A DNA stretch of 62,440 nucleotides, filler included, from Choristocarpus tenellus KU-1152 (Eukaryota > Protista > Phaeophyceae), in NCBI GenBank assembly GCA_964200185.2. It is 12 parts of 12 records of this genome, joined end to end, with 100 filler letters (N's around TTAATTAATTAA, not from the genome) between each part and the next. Parts side by side here need not be neighbours in the genome. Positions count along the whole stretch, not along the records: positions 1 to 2,782 come from CAXNAD020024802.1; positions 2,883 to 5,889 come from CAXNAD020022988.1; positions 5,990 to 10,668 come from CAXNAD020013493.1; positions 10,769 to 21,834 come from CAXNAD020002525.1; 8 more parts are not named here. One strand, written 5' to 3'. The notes under the pieces are model-generated. The model ran no database searches. It was given only the letters and a program-made list of their open reading frames with translations, and was not told where the DNA came from. Positions 1-11,289 of the stretch are shown one piece after another; within the stretch, counting starts at the first letter, position 1; each line of letters starts with the position of its first letter. The position numbers were made by a program, and so were the translations under genes.

Positions 1-334
1 CCCCCAGATACTTTGACCCAAAGTTTGCATTGCATGCCTACTCATTCATTGGTAGTGTATGCTGCTTCTCCACTTCACGGCCCATGCCCTGCCCCCCCCC
101 TGCCCCTCGAGGACTTTGACGCTAACCTCACATTCACACACCCGCAGTCAACGCTGCTTACTTTTGCTTCTTCCAACTGGGAGATAGAAGATAGAAGGCA
201 GTCCTTGTTCTTGTTCTATTTTCCGATGTAGAATGGGTATCCATGGTTGGCCTACCTTTTTTACCCGCCGGAAGTAATTGTCCCGTCCCCAGTGCATGTA
301 TGCTTCGTAATATATTCTTCTCAAATTCAAAAAT

Positions 335-810
335 CGTACTGAAATTTTGTTGTCAAATTCTCGAGAACGGAACGATATGTGAACGGATTTGTTTGTTTTT
401 GTTTGCTTGCTTGTTTGTTTGTCATGTAGTGCCTTATTTTGTTCCAAGTGCATACGCTTGCTTATTTAATTTTTTTTTGAAAGCGTACTGATTTTTTATT
501 CTCAGGAACAGAATAATATGAAAAGAAACATATATATATATATATATATATATTTTTTCATGTTGTACCTCATTGTGTCCCAGTGCTTACTACTATTTTT
601 TAAACTAAAAAAACTGTACTGATTTTTATGCTCAAGATCAAAATAATGTGAAAAGAAAAGAAAATGATACATTTTTTTGTTGTGTAGTACCTCATTCTGT
701 CCCAGTACATATTTTGCTGTGTTTTTTTAGTTCAATACTGTACTGATTTTTATGCTCAAAAACGGAATAACATGAAAATAAAACACTTGATATTTTTACT
801 GTAGTGTAGT
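335..810. repeat. Degenerate AT-rich tandem repeat, about 125-145 bp unit, about 4 copies
   Basis: Recurring core GTACTGATTTTTATGCTCA...GAATAATATGAAAA at about 337, 485, 616 and 740. Confidence 0.65.
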
Positions 811-1154
811 AATTCTAGGAAAACCGGTTAGTGAAAAATCTGTCTTCCACATTATTATGTACAGGTTTTCCACAATTATGCAAAGGCTTAACTACTGGGA
901 AAAACTCATGTTTTTTCTTTTCCCTTGTCTCACTGCGCCTGTTGAAACAGCATTTCCCATAATTCAAATAATTTTTTTTTTTACATTTTTTTATTCTCTC
1001 CTTCAAAAAATACTCCTAGCGTGTATATATTTCTTTCTAATACCATTTCTTTATTTTTTTTTCATGTGAAGTTTTGGGTCTTCCAGTTCGTATATATATA
1101 TATATATATTTTTTTTTCTTTCTAATACCATTTATTTCTTTTGTTTTTTTTCAG

Positions 1155-1247
1155 ATGAAGTTGCGGGTCTTCCAGTTCGACAAGCTCTTGAGCAGGGAGC
1201 TCCCACGCCTCTACAATCACTTCCGGAGAACCTCTCTTCAGCTGGAG
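1155..1247 (+). CDS. Internal exon of a TBC-domain (Rab-GAP) protein
   Basis: tttcag|ATG...GAG|gtatgt, 93 nt, phase 0/0. MKLRVFQFDKLLSRELPRLYNHFRRTSLQLE matches the TBC C-terminal pattern F..LL...LP.L..H. No other exon found on this contig. Confidence 0.7.
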
Positions 1248-1429
1248 GTATGTTCAATCAAGCTCAAAAGGGGCCCCTGCACAGCCACAAGCCCCGAATA
1301 ACTAGTGCATAGAATGTGAATAATAAAAGAGCCGGTTTCAGATTTATTTTTTCTATTTTTGTTGTGGTAACTGCAGGGTGATTGATGCTCCCAACCTCTC
1401 TCTCCGGACCCGCATGAAGATTGAAGATT

Positions 1430-1575
1430 GTGGTACGTTTTTATTTTTCTGTATGAAGTAAAGAAAGAGAGTATGTTTTATGTATCTGTATGAAATAAGA
1501 AATGGTACATTTTTATGTATCTGTGTGAAATAAAAAAAGAGAACGGTAGATTTTATGTATCTGTATGAAATTAAA
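1430..1575. repeat. Short degenerate tandem repeat (TTTTATGTATCTGTATGAAAT core, 4 copies)
   Basis: Core recurs at about 1440, 1476, 1511 and 1551. Confidence 0.65.
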
Positions 1576-1779
1576 AAAAGAACACAATGGGTTTTTAAAA
1601 TGTTTGTGTGAAGTGTTTGAGTAGGGGTGTGTCTTCCTCCATAGTTATCTTTTTTTTTATGTATGCAAAACACCTTGGAAGTCCTCGAAAATCACCCAAG
1701 GAAAATAAAATAATGTGGAAAGTAGAAGGCATTGCTAGTGGGTGCATGGGTTTTTGAAAGGATGTAGCGCTTTTGGGGT

Positions 1780-2082
1780 ACAGTGTATCGTGCGGTTTTG
1801 AATGAACAGATTTGACACTTTTAAGGTACAGTGTATACTTCATTTTTTTTAATGAGTAGCTATCATGTGGTTTTGAATGAACAAATGTGACACTTTAAGG
1901 TACAGTTTATACTTCATTTAAAAATATGAGTGGGGTATCATGTGGTTTTGAATGAATGTTACACTCTTAAGGTACAATATACATACACTTCATGTAAAAG
2001 AAGAAAAATAGGTATCGTGTGGTTTTGAATGAACAAATGTGACACTCTTAAGGTACAATATGCACTTCATTTTTTTTAATGA
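1780..2082. repeat. Minisatellite, about 72-78 bp unit, 4 copies
   Basis: GTATCRTGTGGTTTTGAATGAACAAATGTGACACTYTTAAGGTACA...ACTTCAT recurs at about 1786, 1860, 1935 and 2012. Confidence 0.85.
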
Positions 2083-2194
2083 AGAACGCATCGTGCACAC
2101 CTTACAAATGCACTCTAAAACGCTATATAAACTGATCTTGATCACCAAAAATCTTGCACCAAAAATGACAAGAAAAAACCCACACATCTACCTC

Positions 2195-2275
2195 TACATA
2201 CATATACACATATATATATATACACATATATATATACACATATATACATACATACATACATACATACATACATAC
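2195..2275. repeat. Compound microsatellite (TA)n/(TACA)n
   Basis: Directly visible. Confidence 0.9.
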
Positions 2276-2782
2276 CACTAGAAGATCGATGCACGTACTT
2301 CAACGTGTTAAATAATATAATAGAACCATTTTTTTATTTTTTGAAGTCTCCTCTCTTTTTTTCTGTCAATTGATTTTTTCATTTGTTTCGGCACTTGATG
2401 CAGTTTTTAAAATAATAATAATAATAATAATAATGATGATGATGATGATGATGATCTTCCGTGTTGGTTGTTTTTACTCCTCACCTCTACTGTAGAAAGA
2501 AGTGACTATTTTGAACATCTCCACCTCTGCTTTTGAAGACTTTTTGTGTGTAGTCTGTGTTGGACGATGCAATCAACCATATTTTCTCGATTTTTTTTTT
2601 TCCTATTGAGTGCGGAAGATATTTTTTTATTTGTTTTGCCTTTTGGTCTCGTATGAGATTTCACCGTTAAATTTGCGGTATTGCACAATGCCTGCAAGGT
2701 ATAGAAACCCTAATGACCCCCCCCCCCAAAAAAAAAGTACTTCTTAGCATAAACAATACAAAAACAAGAAAAAAAAAAAAAA

Positions 2783-2882
2783 NNNNNNNNNNNNNNNNNN
2801 NNNNNNNNNNNNNNNNNNNNNNNNNNTTAATTAATTAANNNNNNNNNNNNNNNNNNNNNNNNNNNNNNNNNNNNNNNNNNNN
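2783..2882. other. Artificial contig spacer (N44-TTAATTAATTAA-N44), first of 11
   Basis: Identical 100-nt spacers at 2783-2882, 5890-5989, 10669-10768, 21835-21934, 28720-28819, 40135-40234, 43981-44080, 47854-47953, 50835-50934, 54704-54803 and 57654-57753. TTAATTAATTAA places stops in all six frames. Confidence 0.97.
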
Positions 2883-4591
2883 ACAGCTGGGTTGCTAGTT
2901 CGAAAGATGCTCCAGGAGCTAGATTTTGGTTGTACTGATGCTCAAGTACGCTTCAGAATGCCTTAAAAGCCGGGTAATCTCTTGTTCATACTCTCCATAG
3001 ATGTTGAAGGTCGCTCTTAGTGGTGCCCAGAAGTAATACAAAAACAAGATCCATGTTTGTCCCAACAAGGTCGGCTACCTTGGACAAAACCGAACATCTG
3101 AAACCAAGATGGAGAAACAATGTTGTGTTGATCCGAAAATATTTTGAGTTCCTAGGGTGGTCAGAATTCAACTTAGCTCATTTTCGTGGGATATTATAAA
3201 TAACTTTGAACGGGTCGAATTTGGCTGCCTTTATTTAATCCCAGCCCTACCTCCTGTTTCATCTCTTGGTGCTGCACCAAGGTGTGATGATCAAGCGCAT
3301 TACCTTGAGAGTGGGGGTAGGGTCGACTCCCTGTCCTCTTGGTTGATACAGAATCATTATCAATTGAACGGTTTGGAACATGGCAGTATATCATCCAGGT
3401 AGATTCCTAGGAGGGGGACTAGTGCTCAGATTAGCTTGCACTGCCGGGCTGCAAGGCAGGTGTATGGCAATCTATCTCACCATCCCAGAAGTGTCTCAAA
3501 GACAATGTCGTATACTATGATGCAGTGATCTGCACAGATCCCAACTAACTCCAGCGCTGTTGCAGAGTACTGTGCTGAGGAAGGGTTGCGACTTGGCATC
3601 CTCACCTTGTACCTCCAACCGGAGATATTCAATTCAAATGTGTGTTCATTTTTTGACCTGAAGAGTTACCCATTCCCCCCACTGGTACTGCCTTTGCCTT
3701 TGGCTGCCAGGTCTGGACTGGATGTATGGTGGCCTTCCGAAGATTGAGAGCCGTTCGCTCACGGAGGAGTCTTAAGAGGAAGCAGAATGGGCGCAGGAGC
3801 AGACTGTTGCAAGAAGCAGTCTGTTCCTGGTGGAGGTGGCATGTGATTCAGTTGGGGCTGCATCAGCTGCAGAAGAGACGCCAGCGTAGGGTGCAGCGGG
3901 AGGTTATTCTTGTGTGACGTCTGGGGCAGTTGAGGGAGTGGCGTAGGTGCCAAATGCTGAAGGAGAGATTTCTCTTTTTGCTAACAGAGGTGAAGCTGAA
4001 GATTGAAGAGAGGGAGCAAAAGGAAAGGCGAATCCACCGCTGGTGGGAGGCAGCTGTGAAGTCCTGGAGAGTCAGGCAGCAGTGGCGGAGGGAATGCTAG
4101 TTGGAAGTTAAGCTGGCAGTCTCATTCTTCCGCTATTTCTACGGCGGCTACTCTGGCGGAGTGGTGAGTGCTATCGTGTAGTACTCCAGAGTACTTGAGA
4201 GTAGGCCCAACAGAATCCTGTACAGAGGAGTAGATCCAAATGGACATATCTGTGATATATGGAGAGACAAGAACAATATAAGAATAGCTTGCTTTGTCGT
4301 TGTGTTAACACTGACACTGTAAAAAATTCAAAGTACTTTGTGAAGGGTGAGGGGTGGTGTATGCTCTCTGTTGTACTCCGTGCAAGGATAGAGTAGGGGT
4401 AGTTCAGCGCTGCGCCTTGTGGAAGGTGTGGAATAGGGTTGGTCCAGTCGTCATATCTCTTGTATGGTCAATCCATCTTCAGACTAAACCACAATCTGGC
4501 ATGAGTCCTCTACCGTGATGTAGTTGCTGACATAATGACTCCACTGAAACATTGCTGTTTTTGCTCACTGACAAGAGCTGGTGTGAGCTTG

Positions 4592-5410
4592 CAGCACCCT
4601 TCGAGCAGAAGCTCCCTCTCTTATGTGTATTCAAGGAGTTTCCAAGGAACACCAGAACCAAAGCGGTATTCACATCCTTCTTGGCCACCTTCATGGCCAC
4701 CCTCACAATCCCACCCTCATCGCCAGACATCACTCCACGGCCCTCTGCTGCAGCAATCGCCTGCCTTAGAGGGCCACCCTTCTTGTTATCCTGTTTCCTC
4801 ACGGCAATCACTGACACCTACCCCGAAGTGACATCGCCAACAACCCTTGCGGAGACAACCTTTTCCATGCAAATGGAAGCAGTACCTGATGGTCCCCGCT
4901 TGAGCAACTCCTTGAATCCATAGAAGAGAGGGAGCTTCTGCATCGAAGGATGCCACAAGCTCACCCCAACTCTTCTCAATGAGCAAAGACTGGAATGGTT
5001 AGGTGGAATGCATTATATCAGTAGGGACTGTCAGGCACTGCTTTCAGTTGCATGGAAAAGGTTGTCATTGTTGGCGATGGCATTTTGGGGTAGGTGTCAG
5101 TGATTGCCGTGAGGAAACAGGATCACGAGGAGGGTGGCCCTCGATTGCTGCAGCGGAGGGCTGTGGAGTGATGTCTGGTGATGAAGGGGGGGATTGTGAG
5201 AGTGGTCATGAAGGTGGCCAAGGATGTGAGGACCGCTTTGGTTCTGGTGTTCCTTGGAAACTCCTTGAATACACATAAGAGAGGGAGCTTCTGCTCGAAG
5301 GATGCTGAGGGCTGCGGAGTGATGTCTGAAGATTGGGGTGGGATTGTGAGGGTGGCCATGAAGGTGGCCAAGGACGTGAGTACCGTTTCGGTTCTGGTGT
5401 TCCTTGGAAG
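4592..5410. repeat. Imperfect inverted repeat (arms about 4592-4897 and 5024-5308) with an extra tandem sub-copy at about 5308-5410
   Basis: The same peptide string FEQKLPLLCVFKEFPRNTRTKAV appears in ORF 4552 (+) and ORF 5123 (-). The arms align as reverse complements at nucleotide level. Confidence 0.9.
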
Positions 5411-6015
5411 GATGTGCAGTTGTTGGGTTGCTTCCACTACCTTGGTGCTCTGGAACCCTATAGCGTTACTTTTGTTGTTACTCCAGCAAGTACTTGCTGT
5501 AGTTGTTGCTGTTCTTCCTCCATTGATGTATGGTATCTATCCCAGTGAGGAGCCCATCCGGTAATCAATAATACTCTTCATTCAACATTCTGGGAAGCAT
5601 GCGCCATGATCCTCACTCTCTCTGTTTAGGGTTTGTAGCACCTCAGAGTCCTCGAGTGCTTGTGAATACTAGCAATTAGTTGCATGGTAGTGCAGTAACC
5701 GAGCATGTCATCAAAGCACACGTGTAATGCCGTCTGGTATTGTAGAATATTGACTTGTCCATCTTGTTGAAGTCCTTCATTGAGAGGAGATGAAAAATTT
5801 CACAATTTCATCATTCATACCAGCGGAATCAATGATTACGCCCCCGTTCCCTGTTCTGCTACAATTGCATATCGAATTGTCTCAACTTGNNNNNNNNNNN
5901 NNNNNNNNNNNNNNNNNNNNNNNNNNNNNNNNNTTAATTAATTAANNNNNNNNNNNNNNNNNNNNNNNNNNNNNNNNNNNNNNNNNNNNTTTTTGTCTTG
6001 GTCTTTATGTTGAAA

Positions 6016-6196
6016 GGCTCAAAGTATTTGGGGGGGGGGGGGTGGCGACTGTCGATTTGGGGTCCATTTTTCTATGTTGCAATTTTTAGGTGTTTTGGTT
6101 GCACGTGATGGATGGATAATATAGTTGCAATTTTCCTGGTCAGGGCCCAAATGAACACCCTGGTGTATCCCCCCTCCCCCCCAGATACTTTGAGGC
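6016..6196. mobile_element. MITE subfamily A, about 180 bp
   Basis: TIRs GGCTCAAAGTATTTGGGGGG / CCCCCCAGATACTTTGAGGC. Internal sequence is homologous to the copy at 8853-9030. Confidence 0.8.
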
Positions 6197-7582
6197 AAAG
6201 TAAGGAATGAAAGGTTACACTTTTGAATAGATGTATTAGTTGACAAGACATCAATGCTTGTGTTGCTATTTCCTTTTTTAAAATAAGCCTTGGTTTTACA
6301 TGTCAAATATAGCTCAATTTTGATATGCTATCCCCGTTGAGCTTGTTCTGTGTATCGAGACGAATGGGCCCTCAAGATTTTGTGGTAGAACAAGACATAA
6401 ACTAAAGGAGAAAAGAGGGTTCTGGTTTTAAGTATGGGTACAAACTTTGTTCAAGAGACGATACGACTACGGCATTTTGCTCTTTGGGAGCTATTACTTG
6501 AGATACATGATATCGTTTTTGCTGCCGACTTCACTTCAATGATAATGGTGTCCAACTCCATTTACAACCAAGCCAGGTAGATTAAGCAATTGAATTTTTG
6601 TGTAGCATCAAAGTTGGATTGTGTTTGTTGGCCACCTCGTGACCTGTCCTTGTTTCCAATTGTCCACAAGTGATAAAACTGATTCCCCTTCTGTGCTGGT
6701 ATTTCATTTTTTTTACTTTGTTGCCTTACTCATATGCATATGTATTTAGTGTTAGGGTTAGGCTTAAGTTGAAGTTGATTGTGACTGTGAGTCAGAGAAA
6801 CTGAGAGGGGTATTTGTCATGATCGCTTTGAGTTTTTGAAGGGAGTTTTCCAAATTTATTTTTCCAAAGAAGATGGAAGGTGTTTGAAAAAGAGCGTCGA
6901 TAGGGATAGCGTGTGGGTGCAAACTAATGTACCCACAAAACAGCTGAAGTTAATGGACTTCACAGGTGTGGACTGATTGATTCAATAACATGTGCCACTG
7001 GGGAGTCTGAGGGTCCCACAATAAACTCAGTGGCACACCCTCCTCTTGGCTACTTCAACTCTGATTATTTTTGAAGTTCTGTGATTGGAAGAGCTTGAGT
7101 TGTTCAGTATGATACATATTGTGTCAATCTCAGTGAAAATGGTTCCAAGCTGTTGGTACTTTGTATGTACTGTCCACTCCGATTGAAGAAATGTTGCGGA
7201 TGTTTTTTGTGGAGTAGCAGTGAAGAGCTCAAATGTGGCTTGGGATGTGTTCCTTTTTGTGCTTTGTTTAAGATTGTACCTTTTTTTGCCAAGGCTTTTG
7301 TAGAGTCAATTTGTCATAATTGAAGGGATTTTTTCTCATGTTTTTTTTTGTTCTTTGAGATTGTAGTAGATGTACAAACTGATGCTTCTGCAGGTGTTCT
7401 GTACTGATAAAACGATTTGAGATACTTTTTGTATTTTTTACGACCAATGGAAAGATCTCTCTGTCACACCAAGCCAATGGGATGTAGTGGGTGTAATGTT
7501 TTATTTTATCTCCCTGATAGTGTAGCTCCAACCTTCCTGCTGTGTGTCCCAAATATACCTACCATGCCCTCCAAATCCTCAG

Positions 7583-10572
7583 ATCCAGGTGGAGCTCTTA
7601 AAATGCCTGAAGGCGTCTTTGAACAACCAATTGGGCATTGATTTTCTGGCTGCGAGACCTGAAGTGGTGGGAATACTTGCTCTGAACTTTGGATCAGAAG
7701 ATGTGTTTATATGCACACAGGTGAAGTAATGAAATAATAATATTATTATAATAGTACAGGTAACAATGTTCTCACTTAGTAATGACTTCAAGGGATAAGA
7801 ACATTGAATCATATTAGTGTGTGAAGTAACAATAGCAGTAGGAATGTTACTAAATCAAAATATTAAAGGTATACAAATTTTGAATTATACTGCTGTATGA
7901 TGAAATAGTAGTAATGACAGTGATATTAATAAGTTGAAGGGATACAAGTTTTGAATTGAAATGTATCACATGTTGGACAACTTAACACTTGAATAATACA
8001 AGTCAAGCATTTTAATATTACACACACACCAACAAAGCATTAACCGGAAAATTGATGTAGTAGAACAAAGGTCAAAAGTGTTTCGGGCAATGGGCATTAC
8101 GGGATGAGTTGACTCTTGAAATGTTAGCTGAAAATACGTTTTAGAGTAAGTGGACGCAAGGAGCTGTCCTGGAATGGTCCCAAACATCGTGTTGGATAGC
8201 AGACACCATGGAGCAAATGAGGCTGAGCATTTGGTGGATAATGGACGTGCATCATGAAAAAGTACACCGGACATGCATTTTTATTTTATTTTTTGTGTTT
8301 TTTTTTAAATTTTTCTGTGAACTTTGTTTCATTCTCGCACTACCTTTCAGAAAATCAAGAGGTTGTAAACTAAGACGTGTAAACAAATCACATTGTGGGA
8401 AGTGGGTCAGTGTATTTAAATTTTATCTTTTAGTTTATTGTTGATGGTGTGGCGTGGCTGAGGAAGGACACTGTTAACAGTACGGTATGTGGGATATTCC
8501 TTTTTACCACTCTGTGGTAAATGTCAAAGCGTCATGCTGCCACAGGGAGATCACTGCCCATTTCCAACGCGGCAGAAAGTGGAGAATTTTTCTGGACAAG
8601 TCGGCGACCGGCCCGTCAAAGTATTTCAATTTTAACTGCTGAAAGTGTGAGGCTTTTCAGAACAATATTTTTGTCGAATGGAGCAGCTGATTATTGTTTT
8701 GGACAGTGGGCGAATGGACTGCGATGTATTTTTCTGGAACAGGAAGGATACTGAACAATGGGGGGCTGAACGTTGTCGCTGACAGGGTATGATTTTGTGT
8801 CAGGGTTGTGCTGGACAACATGTGTTATTTATTTTGAACAATTGACCCCTGGGAGTCAAAGTACCTGGGGTGGTGGTGGTGACTGTCCTTTCTGGGCCTA
8901 TTTTTCCATGTTGCGATTTTTGGGTGATTAGGTTGCATTCATTGGATGGATGATGTAAGAGCACTTTTCCTGGTCAGGGTCCAAATAGACACCCTGATGT
9001 AGACCCCCCCTCTCCCAGATGCTTTGAGCCCTGGATGTTGTCCAGGCAGGAGATGGCACTGTCATAAGGAAAATAGTGGCAATGTAGTGGATAACACCCG
9101 TCTTGTAGGTGGAATATAGCTAAAGCTTGAGGAATTAGGGTATTGATTGTGTTAATGGTGTGAGGGTTGATAATATTAATAATGTTAAATTGTTTGGGGT
9201 GTTTTTGTGTGTGTAATGTATGTCATGTTTGTATGCAGTGAGAGCTTGTTTTTCCTCTTTGTGTGAGATTTTTTTTTCTGATGGAACTGTTCTGTAGAGA
9301 GTGAGAACCTTAAAAGGAGTTGTTTTGTGTTCTGAAATTTTTCTGATTATAAGCTTTTGTCTGTTGGCATAGAAAGAGTGTGAAGAGAGTGAAGAAAAGA
9401 AGAGATCTCATTTCTTTGTGTTGTTGCTGTTGCACATTGTTCAAGAATGAGTACAGCTGGTCAGTACATAGTTAACTGTATCTTTTTGTTGTTTGTGATG
9501 CAAGTATTGTTGTTGGACCCATGTATGATTTTGTCGTAGTTTATTTTACTTGAAAGCTGTTATGGATATTCTGCTCCACCTAACACTTATGCGTTAACAC
9601 ACACACACATACATTCTCTCTCTCTCTCCTCACACGCACTCAACTGACACTATTTATGAAATGATACATATATATATATACTTGTAATAAGTCTGCCTTA
9701 TTTCCTCTGTTCAACATCAGTTGGAACAATTTGCGGGGCAGGCTATAAACGTACAAGATTGTATCAGATATTTATTTTTTGTGGAGGTCTTGTGTCAAAC
9801 CTTACAATGAGGTTATCTTCAAATTTCAGCGATATTGAACCTAGTCTACCTGTAACATGCCACCTGCGGTGGAATCACAAGAAATGCCTTCCTAATGCAG
9901 TATAAAACCGCCCTGTAAACTGCTTGAACTGATGCTGAACATATGAAAGTACTAAATAATAGTCCGCATATATGTTCATGGGCTAATGGCTCCTAGCTAT
10001 TATGATTGTATCATTATACTGTCAAGGCATTGGAGCTCCTGGCTGTGCTGATGGTGGATGGGCCAGAGGGCTACAGGGCTGTCCTCTCGGCTATGGATTA
10101 CTTTAAGCTAGTTAAGGGGGAGAGGGTTCGGTTCTTCTCGCTGCTGGATGCTTTAATGACAGACGATACAGATCTGTCCTTTAAGAGAGATGTGATGCTC
10201 TTCATCAACACACTTGTCAACAGGTGTGTGTGTGTTACGTTAGTGCTGATTATGTCTTTGTTGTTAATGTGTATTATGGTAAGCCCTGTTTTGTTGTGGG
10301 GTTGGGGTTGGGGTTAGGGTTAGGGTTAGGGTTAGGATCAAGGTCAGCTGCTTTTGTGTTTGAGGGTATTGTATGGTATCTCCTCACTTTTGTATTGAGT
10401 GTGTTTTTTTGTTATTGTGTGTGTGTGTTAATGTGTGTTGTCTTGCTCTCGTGCCTGTAGTGCTATGGACATTGAGGAACGCATCGAGATACGGGCAGAC
10501 CTCATTTACACAGGAATATTGGATGCTGTTGAGAGACTTAAGAATCAGTCTGTGGATGTCTTCATGGAGAAG
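7583..10572 (+). CDS. Diaphanous-related formin, GBD/FH3 region (partial, 3 exons)
   Basis: Exons 7583-7720, 10027-10223 and 10461-10572 join in frame (phases 0, 2). IQVELLKCLKASLNNQLG, ALELLAVL, RFFSLLDAL and MLFINTLVNSAMDIEERIEIRADL follow the Drf_GBD/Drf_FH3 pattern. The last donor is AAG|gcaagt. Confidence 0.88.
8853..9030. mobile_element. MITE subfamily A inside the formin intron
   Basis: TIRs GAGTCAAAGTACCTGGG / CCCAGATGCTTTGAGCC, flanked on both sides by CTGG (4-bp target-site duplication). Confidence 0.8.
10298..10336 (+). repeat. Interstitial telomere-like array (GGGTTG/GGGTTA)n inside a formin intron
   Basis: GGGGTTGGGGTTGGGGTTAGGGTTAGGGTTAGGGTTAGG. Confidence 0.75.
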
Positions 10573-10768
10573 GCAAGTGGGCTGCTGATGGTGGTTTATG
10601 CAGTTGGGGGGGGGGGGGGGGGGGGGGGGGGGGCGGGGGAGGTATGGGGGGGGGGGTTGTGGCGTGCTNNNNNNNNNNNNNNNNNNNNNNNNNNNNNNNN
10701 NNNNNNNNNNNNTTAATTAATTAANNNNNNNNNNNNNNNNNNNNNNNNNNNNNNNNNNNNNNNNNNNN

Positions 10769-10830
10769 AAGCCAAGCCCCACAAATGGACAAACAGGGAA
10801 AAATTCGTACCCTCTAAGATAGTTTCACTC
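10769..10830. mobile_element. MITE subfamily B end fragment at contig start
   Basis: GCCCCACAAATGGACAAACAG...GTACCCTCTAAGATAGTTTCACTC matches ends of the copies at 38176-38434 and 53060-53316. Confidence 0.75.
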
Positions 10831-10869
10831 TTTGCCAGTATACAGTAACAATTGTGAGGGCGATCTGAC

Positions 10870-11255
10870 CTCTATATCAAGTGCGGGATGGTGATAAACA
10901 GTGATGCGCTGATCGCATTTTTCGCACCGCTTTGTTTCAGCCTGCTCTTTGATCAGAGTTTCTGTGAAGTTCCCCCTGAGCTCCATGCTCTTGAGCTCTT
11001 TCTTCCTCTTCTTCCAAGATATGAATTCCATCCTTTTTTCCTCCTTGCGCTTCACCCGGAGCTTTGCCAGTTCTTCGTACATCTACCAAATCCCTCCCCC
11101 AAACCGATTTTAGGGATCGGGGCATGTGGTTAGTGTTGGGCTTGATCACTGCCAACAAAGTTTTCAATGGGCGCCAGGCAAGGCGACAGACTGTCACAGC
11201 ATTTGCACACCCCTTTCTCTTTTTTTGGCTATTCCTCCAATGTCACTATTGTGAA

Positions 11256-11289
<34 letters not shown>

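Noticed and set aside
2827-2838. Regularly recurring palindrome TTAATTAATTAA as a biological repeat or CRISPR-like array
   Set aside because: Always centred in exactly 100 nt of N padding, so it is a synthetic linker.
2883-4300. Pro/Gln-rich minus-strand frames as a retroelement ORF
   Set aside because: Many stops and no diagnostic motif I can name.
4479-5564. Several 90-130 aa ORFs on both strands as duplicated genes
   Set aside because: They are by-products of the inverted repeat, with no splice or domain support.
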